A stretch of 64,000 nt of DNA from positions 90,520,001 to 90,584,000 of the forward strand of contig OZ024745.1 in assembly GCA_964016885.1 (NCBI GenBank). Direction: 5' to 3'. The translations under genes were made by a program, and so were the position numbers. How positions within the stretch are numbered: position 1 is the first letter of the stretch; each line of letters begins with the position of its first letter. The DNA comes from Eledone cirrhosa (lineage: Eukaryota). Positions 1 through 12,626 of this stretch are shown piece after piece. The notes under the pieces are model-generated. The model was not told the origin of the DNA and searched no databases. It saw only the letters and a program-made list of their open reading frames with translations.

Positions 1-19
1 TATATATATACATACATAC

Positions 20-52
<33 letters not shown>

Positions 53-57
53 CATAC

Positions 58-88
<31 letters not shown>

Positions 89-93
89 CATAC

Positions 94-126
<33 letters not shown>

Positions 127-292
127 CATACATACATATATATATACATATATACATATATATATACATATATACATACATATATATATATACATATATA
201 CACATACACATATATATACATATATATATATATATATACATACATACATACATATATATATATATATACATACATACATATATATATATACA

Positions 293-750
293 TGGTGGCT
301 GCCAACTCGTTTTCGAGTACGGCCACTACTTTACATCCATGTAGGATAACCCCTACCGAAGCGCTGAACGAGTGTGACTTTTTAGTCCAGCCAGCGACTT
401 GAAACCTCTGGTACAAACACTACACCTGTGACAATTATTGACACATAGTGCTAGGCCCATGGTAGGACAATTATTGACACATAGTGCTGGGCCCATGTGA
501 GGACAAGTGCAGAGAGATCTCCAGATATAAAGCAATGCCTGTGCCGTGAAGCTTTTATAGTGAGCAAAGGCACTGCACAAAGCCACTCCCACTCTCTTAA
601 CCAAGATGCTATTTACCAAAAAGAAGAACAAGTCAACATCATTGGATACCATCAGGGTTGCAGGTGTTATATCAGAGTTTTCCTTCTCCTAGAATTCTGC
701 CTTGACTAAGGCTAAAGGGGTCATCTCTCCCGGTGATTTTGGATGGCCAT
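293..750 (-). mobile_element. Non-autonomous RTE-derived element, 5'-truncated copy 1
   Basis: Near-identical to 3600-4030; C-terminal C2H2 remnant [20 protein letters not shown]; (ATGT)n tail. Confidence 0.75.
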
Positions 751-940
751 ATACATACATACATATATACACACACATACATACACATACATATATATAT
801 ATATACACATACATACATACATACATATATATATATATATACATACATACATACATATATACATATATATACATACACACATATATATATATATACATAC
901 ATATATATATATATACATACATATATATATATATACATAC

Positions 941-993
<53 letters not shown>

Positions 994-998
994 CATAC

Positions 999-1065
<67 letters not shown>

Positions 1066-1102
1066 CACATACATATATATATACATACATACATATATAT
1101 AC

Positions 1103-1153
<51 letters not shown>

Positions 1154-1156
1154 CAC

Positions 1157-1237
<81 letters not shown>

Positions 1238-1469
1238 CACATATATATATACATATATATATATATATACATACATATATATACATATATACATATACAT
1301 ATATATATATACATATATATATATACATATATATATATACATATATATATATATACATATATATATATACATATATATATATACATATATATATATACAT
1401 ATATATATATACATATATATATATACATACATACATACATACATACATACATACATACATACATACATA
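751..1469. repeat. (TA)n/(TACA)n compound microsatellite
   Basis: Seen directly; source of the YI/HT pseudo-ORFs. Confidence 0.95.
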
Positions 1470-3044
1470 CTGTTTCACCGAAATCTGATGAGGACTGCTA
1501 CAAATACCTGGAGATAGATGAGAACATATCCTATAATGGCATCTGTAATAAAGAACGCGTAACCAGGGAATTCTACACCCGATTAAGAAAGATCTGGTCA
1601 TCGGAACTCTCTGCGCAAAACAAAACAGTGGCTCACAGTGTGTTTGCTGTGCCTATCCTAACACCAACGTTTGGAATACTCAATTGGACGACAGACGAAC
1701 TCCGAGCAGTTGATGTTGGAACTCCAAAAATACTGAACAACACCGGAAACTTCCACATCAACAGTGACATAGACCGCCTTTACTTGAAACGTAAGCAGGG
1801 AGGCAGTGGCCTAACATCAGTCCAGACAACATTTGAATGTCGCATCATATCTCTCCGACAACATCTACGAACCTCGAAGCGTAGGAGCCCGTTTCTCGAG
1901 CAAGTCTATCTGCATGAAACAGATAAGATCATGAGAGTTGGGAAGGAACTCCTCGCGAGATATTCGCTATGTGATAATCAAAAACTCACACCCAGGGAAA
2001 TCGCTCAGCAGTATCGCAGTGAATCCATGGATGAAAAACTGCATGCCTATCAGCAAAAAATCATGCATGGATATATTGCCAGGAAGCTCCAGAGTGAGAG
2101 TAATATAAATAAGGAAAGTAGTCTATCTTGGACCAACAACTGCTATATTGGCTCCTTCTTTGAAGGATTCGCTTTTGCAATCCAAGAACGGGAGATTAAC
2201 ACGAAATACCTGATTCACAAAAGAGATAGGGATGCAGGCAAAACACCTAGATGTGATAACAAGTGCAGACTCTGCAGAACTAACATCGAGGATATCTCCT
2301 ATGTCATAAGCAGCTGTCTAAAGATGTCATCGCGGTACTATCTACCTATGAGGCATGATGTAGTGGCCAAAACCTGTACAATGCAGTTCGTAAAAAATAT
2401 AGCCCCGATAATAAACACATTAAAAGCTACAACAATGTGGAAGACATCCATGTACATAATATGAAAGAGTACTGGTGGAATGTTCCAGTAAAAGCCCAAT
2501 AAAATGCAGGCATAACAGACCAGATATTATGATATGGGACAGGGAGAAGAAAACATGCACAGTAGTGGAAATTAGCTGCCCAGCAGATGCCAATATAATA
2601 TCAAAGATTAGTGAAAAGGAGAATATTTATGCAGAACTGATGAGAAATCTGCAGAACCTGTGATTATTGGGGCACTGGGATATGTTAGTAACTGCTGCAA
2701 TAAAATTCTTGAGAAGCTAGGCTTCACAGGAACAGAAAGAACACAACTAGTTAAGAAATTACAAGTACAATCCATTAATGGAACAGTAAAAATATGTAAA
2801 ACATTCCAAAAATTGTGCATCTAATAACTGCATATACACATGTACAGATACAAAGCATATACACATGCACACATCCAACTCAAAACATACACATCCACAC
2901 ATACAATAACATCCATATCTACACATGCATGCATACATATCTACCTAGTTGATGTGTAAATACCAATGAGAGAGTCGTGTGTCTATGCTAGAAACCGACT
3001 TTCTCTCTATTGGTAAAACTTTGTGAAATTATAAAACCAGAAGA
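1469..3044 (+). mobile_element. 5'-truncated R4/Dong-like RLE non-LTR retrotransposon (end of RT, CCHC, restriction-like endonuclease), frameshifted
   Basis: [54 protein letters not shown]; 3' end AAAACCAGAAGAA followed by (CATA)n. Confidence 0.9.
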
Positions 3045-3055
3045 ATATACATACA

Positions 3056-3179
3056 TACTCTTTTACTCTTTTACTCTTTTACTCTTTTACCTGTTCCAGC
3101 CATCCGGCTGAGGCCATACTGGGGCATCGCCCTTGAAAAAATATGGAACATTTCACGAATTTGCATGTCATGCCTGCGC
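3056..3179 (-). pseudogene. U6: Inverted second copy: U6 3' part plus the same tail
   Basis: Reverse complement of about 3270-3396 with several substitutions; (GTAAAAGA)n tail. Confidence 0.85.
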
Positions 3180-3210
3180 GATGTGTGCATATATGTATAT
3201 ATATGTATAT

Positions 3211-3324
3211 CTACGGCAGTACATATTCTATAATTGGAACGAGACAGAGGAGATTAGCATGGCCCTTGCACAAGGATGACACGCAAGGATGACACGCAAA
3301 TTCGTGAAGTGTTCCATATTTGTT
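3211..3324 (+). pseudogene. U6: U6 snRNA retrocopy fused to a retroposon 3' tail
   Basis: CGGCAGTACATATTCTATAATTGGAACGAGACAGAGGAGATTAGCATGGCCC...GATGACACGCAAATTCGTGAAGTGTTCCATATTT matches U6; internal duplication of CAAGGATGACACG. Confidence 0.9.
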
Positions 3325-3421
3325 CAAGGGCGGTGCCCCAGCATGGCCTCAGCCGGATGGCTGGAACAGGTAAAAGATTAAAAGAGTAAAAGAGTATGTA
3401 TGTATGTATGTATGTATGTAT

Positions 3422-4030
3422 GTCAGGTCACCAGTTGGTGCTACTGGTAACATGTATCCCAGTACAACCTGTCCCATGGTCGCGTCGTTGGCGACTAAAC
3501 TGGCAACCCCACCAAGGTTTCTTGGTGAGGAGGGTGACTTTGGACATCGTAGAGAACTAAAAACAAAACCTGTCAAAGGGCAAAGGAGCTCTTAAGAGTC
3601 AATGGCCATCCAAAATCACCGGCAGAGATGAGCCCTTAGCCTTTGTCAAGGCAGAATTCTAGGAGAAGGAAAACACTGACATAACACCTGCAACCCTGAT
3701 GGTATCCAATGATGTTGACTTGTTCTTCTTTTTGGTAAATATCATCTTGGTTAAGAGAGTGGGACTGGCTTTGTGCAGTGCCTTTGCTCACTATAAAAGC
3801 TTCACGGCACAGGCATTGCTTTATATCTGGAGATCTCTCTGCACTTGTCGTCACATGGTACCATGGGCCCAGCACTATGTGTCAATAATTGTCACAAGTG
3901 TAGTGTTTGTACCAGAGTTTTCAAGTCGCTGGCTGGACTAAAAAGTCACACTCGTTCAGCGCATCGGTAGGGGTTCACCTACATGGATATAAAGTAGTGG
4001 CCGTACTCGAAAACGAGTTGGCAGCCACCA
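3422..4030 (+). mobile_element. Non-autonomous RTE-derived bipartite element, longest copy
   Basis: RTE-like 5' region (GGCGACTAA, CTAGGAGAAGGAAAA) joined to a zinc-finger 3' end [25 protein letters not shown]; flanked by (ATGT)n. Confidence 0.75.
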
Positions 4031-4208
4031 TGTATGTATGTATGTGTGTATGTTCTTCTGGTTTTATAATCTTTCTAAATGGTCTTTAATGCGAAGAGAT
4101 ACCTATGATGGCTAGTAGACCACTGATGATGGATAGTCTGGCTTCTATTTATAATTCTTCATTTTAATTTGTATATCACAATGCAACAACACAGCACACC
4201 ATTTTTCA

Positions 4209-4260
<52 letters not shown>

Positions 4261-4340
4261 TATATATATGCATATATATGTATGCATATATGTATGCATA
4301 TATATATATATATATATACATGCACACATATATATAGGTA

Positions 4341-4920
4341 CGTATGGATTCACCGAACATTTATTATAATGCTCGGTGTGTTTGTAAACAAACATCCCGA
4401 ATTAAGCCGTACAGTGTCTAGCAACCATCGTTGCTCATTTGTTCAACACTGACAAAGGAACGCTGTACTAGCTTCAAGCTTATTAGCTATCGTCAGCAAC
4501 GTATACCTTCCTGCCAGATGGTTGAACGTCTGAAAGTATATACTTTCCTTATGCATATTAACGGCTGAGCAGCCTAATTTGCATATCGAGTGAGTTAATC
4601 GGCCGTGAGAAATGAAATTTCGTTTCACTTTTTCCGTTTATCGTTTTCGTTACCCCGGCCGATTAACTCACTCGATATGCAAATTAGGCTGCTCAGCCGT
4701 TAATATGCATAAGGAAAGTATATACTTTCAGACGTTCAACCATCTGGCAGAAAGGTATACGTTGCTGACGATAGCTAATAAGCTTGAAACTAGTACAGCG
4801 TTCCTTTGTCAGTGTTGAACAAATGAGCAACGATGGTTGCTAGACACTGTACGGCTTAATTCGGGATGTTTGTTTACAAACACACCGAGCATTATAATAA
4901 ATGTTCGGTGAATCCATACG
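4341..4920. mobile_element. Palindromic non-coding element (265-bp arms, 50-bp spacer) in TA repeats
   Basis: 4341-4605 is the reverse complement of 4656-4920 with few mismatches. Confidence 0.9.
4760..4800 (+). ncRNA. Minimal type-I hammerhead ribozyme
   Basis: CGTTG-CTGACGA-t-AGCT-aata-AGCT-t-GAAA-CTAG-TA-CAGCG; stem I CGUUG/CAGCG, palindromic helix III ACUAGU, GUA site. Confidence 0.85.
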
Positions 4921-4944
4921 AACATATATATATGTGTGGATGTA

Positions 4945-5001
<57 letters not shown>

Positions 5002-5060
5002 TAGTATGCATATATATATATATATACAGTAGTATGTATATATATATATATATACAGTAG

Positions 5061-5110
<50 letters not shown>

Positions 5111-5154
5111 TACTACTGTACGTCTGTATACATATATGTATGTACGTATACATA

Positions 5155-5192
<38 letters not shown>

Positions 5193-5196
<4 letters not shown>

Positions 5197-5343
5197 TCGG
5201 AATACTGATGATTTGGTCAGAGACACACTGTATTTAAGGTCGAGTGACGCAATTTCGAGTGATCAGCGGCCTTTAGACTCATCTGATCAATGAAACAATT
5301 ATTAATACTGTAAATAAAACCCTTTTTGTACAGCCGACCATGT

Positions 5344-5348
<5 letters not shown>
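5193..5348 (+). mobile_element. Solo PLE pseudo-LTR fragment with hammerhead (extended stem II)
   Basis: Homologous to the pLTR at 51488-51605; CTGATGA-t-TTGGTCAGA...TCTGATCAA-t-GAAAC. Confidence 0.7.
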
Positions 5349-5401
<53 letters not shown>

Positions 5402-5841
5402 TGAACGTCCACACATTTTCCATCAACCAAATTCAACTGACATGGTTTAGATCAGTAGAAGACACTTACTCAAGATGTCTTGAAATAAGATACGACTAGA
5501 AGCCACATATTTTCGAAGCATCTTACCTACAACCTACAACCTATAACTATTGACATCATCATTGTTTGCTTTTCTCTTAACAAATCGTATTCGACTTTAT
5601 CTGTAAGAAATTATTCTGTAGGCTGTCATTTTAAACCGTTAGTTATGTCGCTATGCCTCACCATAAAGACAGTAATACTGCACATTTCCAAATGAGCTTC
5701 TGACGTTATTTATGCAGTTGACTTAATCTCACTGCCATTTTCTACCTATTCATTAAAGTTTAGATGCATATCTATTTATATTTGCAGCTTAACCTAGTAT
5801 CTTTCACTTAACCTAGTATCTTTCACTCATTCTTCTCTCTC

Positions 5842-5874
<33 letters not shown>

Positions 5875-5911
5875 GTATATATGTACATACATATATATAC
5901 ATATATATATA

Positions 5912-6046
<135 letters not shown>

Positions 6047-6210
6047 GGACGAGTATAAACAAAATTTGTTTTCGCTCCTCATATGGTTTATACCTAAATG
6101 TATTCGCGAGGGAATCTAAACTATAATAAAGTAAGGAGTGCGGGACTGCGTTCAAAACATTTTTTTTATCCCGTTTGTAAAATAAGCTGGATTACTTTGA
6201 ATAAATAATG

Positions 6211-6616
6211 ATTTCTAGTATAGGTACAAGGCCAGTAATTTTGGGGGAGGGGAAAGTCGATTAAATCGACCCCATTGCGTTATTGTTGCTTTATTTTATC
6301 GACCCTGTAAGGATGAAAGGCAAAGTTAACCTCGGCGGGATTTGAACTCAGATCATAAAGAGCCGTAACTCTATGCTGTAAAGCATGGCGTCCAACTCTC
6401 TACCGATACTGCCAATACATAATAATGTTCTACTTTTGACACAGGGCCAGCAATTACTCAGTACATTACTGGTACTTTATTTTATCGACCCCGTAAGGAT
6501 GAAAGGCAAAGTTAACCTTGGCGAGATTTGAACTCAGACCATAAAGGGCAGTAACTCTTCGCTGCAAAGCATGGCGTCCGACTCTCTACTGATACTGCCA
6601 ATCCACTGCCAATCCA
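6211..6616 (-). mobile_element. Two tandem tRNA-derived SINEs (family A, Nin/Deu-like core)
   Basis: B-box GAGTTCAAATC and GCCTTTCATCCTTACGGGGTCGATAAA core; many copies in the window. Confidence 0.85.
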
Positions 6617-6700
6617 TAATAATATTATAACATCAGCATTATTCACTCCCAAATACATACATGCTAGTATGTGTATATATGTATATATATACACATATAA

Positions 6701-6912
6701 GGCGTGTGGCTGAGTGGTTAGAGAATTGGATTCGCAATCGTAAGATTGTGAGTTCGATTCCTGGACCAGGCGATGCGTTATGTCCTTGAGCAAGACACTT
6801 TATTTCACGTTGCTCCTTCTACCTGGAGTTGCGACCGATAGATAGTATTAGCAATTGGAAAGACCAACGGAAACATTGTTCCCTCGGTCCGATTTGACGA
6901 AAGTCGATCGTT
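6701..6912 (+). mobile_element. tRNA-derived SINE (family B)
   Basis: A-box TGGCTGAGTGG, B-box GTTCGATTCC, TGTCCTTGAGCAAGACACTT core; similar to 63817-63965. Confidence 0.85.
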
Positions 6913-6932
6913 CCTATATATATATATATATG

Positions 6933-7934
6933 TTTTTTTATTAGCCACAGGGGCACAAAAGAAGGGGACAAATACAAAGGGGGAAGTTTACATACAATAA
7001 AAACGTGTAAAATGTTATCACAAATGCAATTTAAAAAATTAGTCGATTTTCCCCAATAGATGGAGACAGTTCATATAGGTAACACATACCCCCGAAAAAA
7101 TATGAAACCCTCATCTCCAGGAGTACGAAGAGTTTGTACTCCCTTCTTCTCCTCCTCCTTTTCCTCAATCTACAGGCTGATATAGAGAGAAGGCCCATTC
7201 ACTCGGGCCATTCTCGCCACTTTCACCCACCTTTCAAAAAACTTGCTGGGGTACAGCACCTCTCTCTCCATCCTGATTCTTCTTCCAAAGTGGTATTTGA
7301 AAAAAAGAATCAGTTGTTGGCCGGAGAGAAAGGTGTCTGACCTTAGCCCTTTCAACCTTGTCCACCATACAACCTCTTTCGCCATAGCTATCACACAAAG
7401 GAAAACCGCCTTTCCTTCGTTTTTGAAGGAGGGTGGCGGTTTGATCATGACAATGGACTCGGTGGTCAACCGGATTGGTCCCACCCGCGACAATAGTCGT
7501 TCTACATAGCCCCACAGGTCAGTGACGCCCGGGCAGTGTATGAATGCGTGCGACACGGTTTCTTCGTTACGCACGAACCTCGGACATATCTTTTTTGCGG
7601 GGTCCCTGCCCGGGCGCCCATGTCTGTAGAGCTTGTCTCGAACTGGTAGAGCTCCTCGGTAGCACTGCCAGGCCAGGGACTTTTGGAAGTTGTCCATCGG
7701 TCCCGGGCGGAAGGTCCTACCGAACAGACTGGCCAGTTCATCTTCCTCTACGCCTAGAGTTTCACCGAGCGCGTCGTCGCACTTGCTGCGGATCAACCCT
7801 CTATAGAATGACGAAGTGGAGTCTCCACTGATCGCCGGGTCCGCCTGCCAGAGGGCTGTGAGCGCCTGAGCACATTCGATGTGCCAGTCGCCCATTTTCC
7901 TCGGTCTTTGCTTGACCCAGGACTGCAGCTCGGA
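6933..7934 (-). mobile_element. Tx1/L1-clade LINE 3' fragment (zf-RVT-like)
   Basis: ORF 7170-7895: ALPVRDKL..CPR..EETVSHAFIHCP; AATAAA plus A-tail next to (TA)n. Confidence 0.8.
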
Positions 7935-7993
7935 TATAGATAGATAGATAAATATACACGGGTGTGTATGATTGTGTATAGAAGATTATATTA

Positions 7994-8270
7994 ATAAGAG
8001 GAATTCCAACTTTGTCTGATTTACTCGTTTTATTTACAATCCTTTAAAATTTATAATGATATTATAATGAAATAGTATGATAGAATATTAAATGTTAAGT
8101 GTTAATTGAGTACTTTCATGCTTTCACAATCTTCAGGTTCATAATGTGTGGTGACAGTCAAGTTTGCAATGCAAACTTGACTGTCACACTATTTCATTAT
8201 AATACCATTATAAATTTTAAAGGATTGTAAATAAAACGAGTAAATCAGACAAAGTTAGAATTCCTCTTAT
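7994..8270. mobile_element. Palindromic element with nested 18-bp hairpin and a minus-strand hammerhead core (8104-8140)
   Basis: Arms about 7994-8080 and 8184-8270; hairpin 8151-8187; CTGAAGA-t-TGT-gaaa-GCA-t-GAAA-GTAC-TC. Confidence 0.7.
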
Positions 8271-8271
8271 G

Positions 8272-8452
8272 TGGATTGGCAGTATCGGTAGAGGGTCGGA
8301 CGCCATGCTTTCCAGCATAGTTACGTCCCTTTACGATCTGAGTTCAAATCCCGCCGAGGTTGACTTTGCCTTTCATCCTTACGGGGTCGATAAAATAAAG
8401 TACCAGTAATGCACTGGGTAATTGCTGGCCTTGTGCCTAAAGTAGAAACAAT
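8272..8452 (+). mobile_element. SINE family A
   Basis: Full match to the other family A copies. Confidence 0.85.
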
Positions 8453-8587
8453 TTATATATATATATATATATAAGTTGACGGGATTAGCATGGGTTTCAC
8501 TGCTAGCACCGGTTGCATCTCAGTGTACTCAATAGTTAATGTTAAGTAAAATCCCAGAGTAGACACATAGTTATTCGCTTTAATCCA

Positions 8588-8636
<49 letters not shown>

Positions 8637-8732
8637 CACACACATACATATATATATATATATACATATATATATACATGTATGTGCGTATATATATACA
8701 TATATATATATACATATATGTGTAAGTATATA

Positions 8733-8765
<33 letters not shown>

Positions 8766-8810
8766 GTGTATGTATATATATATATACATTCAACCCGGAA
8801 TAACTCACCT

Positions 8811-8849
<39 letters not shown>

Positions 8850-8884
8850 TATATATATATATATTCATATATATATATATATAT

Positions 8885-8915
<31 letters not shown>

Positions 8916-8973
8916 CATATATATATGTGTGTATATATATATACATATATATATATACATATATATATGTGTG

Positions 8974-9036
<63 letters not shown>

Positions 9037-9138
9037 TTTCCTTATCGAGCCCTCTCTGGATTTTAGTCTTCAATTTTATTATTATTACTATTATTATTAC
9101 TATATATATGTATATATATATATACATATATATATATG

Positions 9139-9172
<34 letters not shown>

Positions 9173-9186
9173 CATATATATATATG

Positions 9187-9217
<31 letters not shown>

Positions 9218-9246
9218 GTTTGTGTGTATGTATGTATATATATATG

Positions 9247-9300
<54 letters not shown>

Positions 9301-9377
9301 CATACACACACATATATATTTACATACATATATATATGTATATATATATAATATGTAAATATATATGTGTGTGTATG

Positions 9378-9448
<71 letters not shown>

Positions 9449-10852
9449 CTATAAACAGAAAACAACTCGCCACTAATTCAATTACAATAGTTTACAAACA
9501 TGGCTTAGCTTACTTTTAAATATTTTTGACATCAGATAGTAACGAGATAACCTTAAGGTCTAAACAACACGTTTTGAAAATGATGCAAGTTCGCTTGAAA
9601 TGTCGTATCAGATAATTATTCAATATCACACTGTGACTGTGATACTATACTGTATATGTATTTGTGTGGAAGGAGTGCGTCAGTGTGAGTAAATGTATGT
9701 TTGCGTATGTGTGCGTGTGTATGATTTTTGTCTGTATTATTTTGTATTTATGTTTGTTTCGCTGTTTCAATGAGTTAGTGTGTGTGTGTATATATATGTA
9801 TGTGGTGGGGGGGGGGGCGGTATGTGTGTGTGTGAGAGAGAGAGAAAGATATGTGTGTGTGAGAGAGCGTGTGTGTGTGTGTACCTCTGTGTGTATCTAT
9901 AACTACCTGTACGTTTCTCAGCTTCTATATATCTATGTATTTCTTTGAATGTAAGAGATTGTATACGTGTACACACATAAGGCTGTGAATATATGTGTAC
10001 AAGAGTTAGCATCTGTGTGTGTGGGTGCACGCGTGTTTGTGTGTGTGTGTGTGTAAGTGTGCACGCGTGTGTGTGAACCTTCATTCTTCTTATATACGAG
10101 GGGTGTAGTTAAATTGTCACCGATTTAGAAACGAAATTAAGTTGAAAACAATAAGAACAAAAACAGTGGAGTAAAGCTTCTTAGACTGTATCCAGATAAT
10201 CTTCATCTTGGCTTAGTATCTAATCTTGATCCTGTGTTATATTCTGTGACATGAAAAGTGATAAGAGAGAATGAAATAAAAGAAGCGACTCGTGAAGGTG
10301 GCTTGTGAAGTGATAGTGTGTGATACGATATGTTATTATGAAGTGAATGGAAGAATTTTTATGTTATATCCTGTGACCTGTTAAATACGTTTCTATGTGT
10401 CGTATGCGAGATATTTTTCTGATAGTTTTCTCTTACAAAATCATTAGATATTTTGTGAGGATATTTGTGTAACATTACAGAATTTAATTTCGTCTCTTTT
10501 CGTTTTGAATTCAAATGGTACTGGGATTCTATTGTTCTGGAGTAGATAAAATAAATACCGGCCTTGTACTTGGGTCAATTAAAACGACTATATAGAATCC
10601 CATACGGATGTATAGCATTTTACCAATGTGCAAGGAAATAAATAACCAGTCATATACTGTAAACCGCGCTTCGCTGGTTCATAGCCAAACACTTTCGGAT
10701 TCTCTTCCTGTTCTTCAGTCTCATTCTCGTCTTCAGTCACGTCTTTCAGTTCATGTAGCTATAAATAGGATACCAAAGAGTAAAAAAGTGGGATCAATAA
10801 GTAATCAATAAGTGTTAATTTAACTTCATTCATGAGTGTAGCTTGGCAAAGT

Positions 10853-11150
10853 CGTCAGAACATCGGATGAAATACTGTGTGGAATCCATTCCTGCTCTCT
10901 GTGAACTAAGTTCAAATCCTGTCGAGATCAACTTTGCCTTTCAACCTTTCGAAGTCGATAAAACGATTCCAGTCCTGAAGTCGACTCGTCCTCTATATAT
11001 TTTTCTCCCTTCCTCTCTATTATTTCATCACTCTCGTACCTCATCTCTGGAAGAAATTGGCTGTGTTCAGACATGGAGAAGGAATAGGCTCAGTCGAGTT
11101 TAAAACGCCTGACACACGCTGTATGTCACCTCGGCGTCTCTAGGAGTTAC
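10853..11150 (+). mobile_element. Old SINE family A variant with a 3' extension
   Basis: Degenerate core; extension TCTCTGGAAGAA..TTCAGAC shared with 45230-45310 (-) and 62175-62240. Confidence 0.55.
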
Positions 11151-11237
11151 TGGTTCATACAAAATTGAATGCTTGGCTAAAATATCCACAATTGCGGTTT
11201 TTGTTACTAATTGTATATATATATATGTGTGTGTGTC

Positions 11238-11286
<49 letters not shown>

Positions 11287-11356
11287 AATAAATGAGTGAA
11301 GAATAACATGGATCGGCTGTACAATAGGGTTTATTCAAAGTATTAACAAATGTTTC

Positions 11357-11446
<90 letters not shown>

Positions 11447-11450
<4 letters not shown>

Positions 11451-11672
11451 ATTAGAAAGTAAACAACACAATATATAACTACTCCATTACCAAGGTTTCA
11501 GGACCCTAGACAACATTGACATACGTCTAGTTCGTTCATCAGATAGAAGGGTTATCCTAACCCTAACCCTTATATCTGATGAACGAACTAGACGTATGTC
11601 AATGTTGTCTAGGGTCCTGAAACCTTTGGTAATGGAGTAGTTATATATTGTGTTGTTTACTTTCTAATTAAA
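11447..11672. mobile_element. Palindromic element with a hammerhead in each arm (11482-11548 -, 11570-11637 +)
   Basis: Near-perfect arms of about 108 bp; CTGATGA..CTAGAC/GTCTAG..GAAACCTTGGTA; stem I UUCUAU/AUGGAG; centre CCTAACCCTAACCCT. Confidence 0.8.
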
Positions 11673-11731
11673 TAGCTCTGTTTTGTACATAGAGCACTCT
11701 TTTTTCCTTTGCCTTTTCTTCGGAAATACTT

Positions 11732-11785
<54 letters not shown>

Positions 11786-11918
11786 CTCTGTTTTTACGAA
11801 TGTAATTTTTACGAGTTTGGAATCCGACTGTCTTATCCACAAGATGATTTGTTTATTGTTGGTTTTGTTTTCTGAGAGCATTATTTACGTATATGGCATT
11901 CGATGATTGCTTACGTTT

Positions 11919-11991
<73 letters not shown>

Positions 11992-12009
11992 ATATATATG
12001 TGTGTGTGT

Positions 12010-12150
12010 ATAACAAAGAGGTGTGGTAAGATACCAGGTGGACCATAACGCACCAGAGTACTCAATACTTAGGGCAGTAGAGAGTGTATTAGTTCGGATC
12101 TAGCTGTCGAAACGGTCGGAGCTCAGCCGTCTGGGTTCTGACTCTTTTCA
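12010..12150. repeat. Short TA-embedded repeat with internal inversion (family of 26265 and 43996)
   Basis: Shared GTGGTAAG..ACCAGGTGGACCATAACGCACC head and GTCGAAACGG motif. Confidence 0.7.
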
Positions 12151-12244
12151 TATATATATAGAAGTTATATTTAATTTGTTGGGATACAACAAGAAAATAT
12201 TTTTATAACTGATATAAAGCACTCAACAAATTTTTGGAGTAAAA

Positions 12245-12578
12245 ATACAATATATTAACAAATGGAAACTATATTTATAAAACCATATTTATTTCATTAT
12301 ACATATTTCAAGGACACCAAAGCAAATTATGGTGCGCTTTCATCAAATAAAATATAATATAGATCAGTTTTATAAACAAATATTGACATACCTTTAAAGA
12401 ATGGGAGCTTCCAACCGACATGGTCGCATTCTTTAAAGGTATGTCAATATTTGTTTATAAAAATGATCTATATTATATTTTATTTGATGAAAGCGCACCA
12501 TAATTTGCTTTGGTGTCCTTGAAATATGCATAATGAAATAAATATGGTTTTATAAATATAGTTTCCATTTGTTAATAT

Positions 12579-12585
<7 letters not shown>
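12245..12585. mobile_element. Palindromic element with degenerate hammerhead (12476-12540 +)
   Basis: Arms 12245-12403 and 12427-12585; TTGATGA-aag..GCACCA/TGGTGT..ctt-GAAA. Confidence 0.75.

Positions 12586-12619
<34 letters not shown>

Positions 12620-12626
<7 letters not shown>

Noticed and set aside
1485-1495. CTGATGAGGAC resembling a hammerhead core (also near 33250 -)
   Set aside because: Lies inside RT coding sequence (SDED) with no matching GAAA or stems
3211-3324. Functional U6 gene
   Set aside because: 5' end missing, ACAGAGA box altered, internal duplication, retroposon tail and no upstream promoter context
6701-6775. tRNA-like sequences
   Set aside because: A/B boxes are SINE heads followed by SINE cores; no complete cloverleaf
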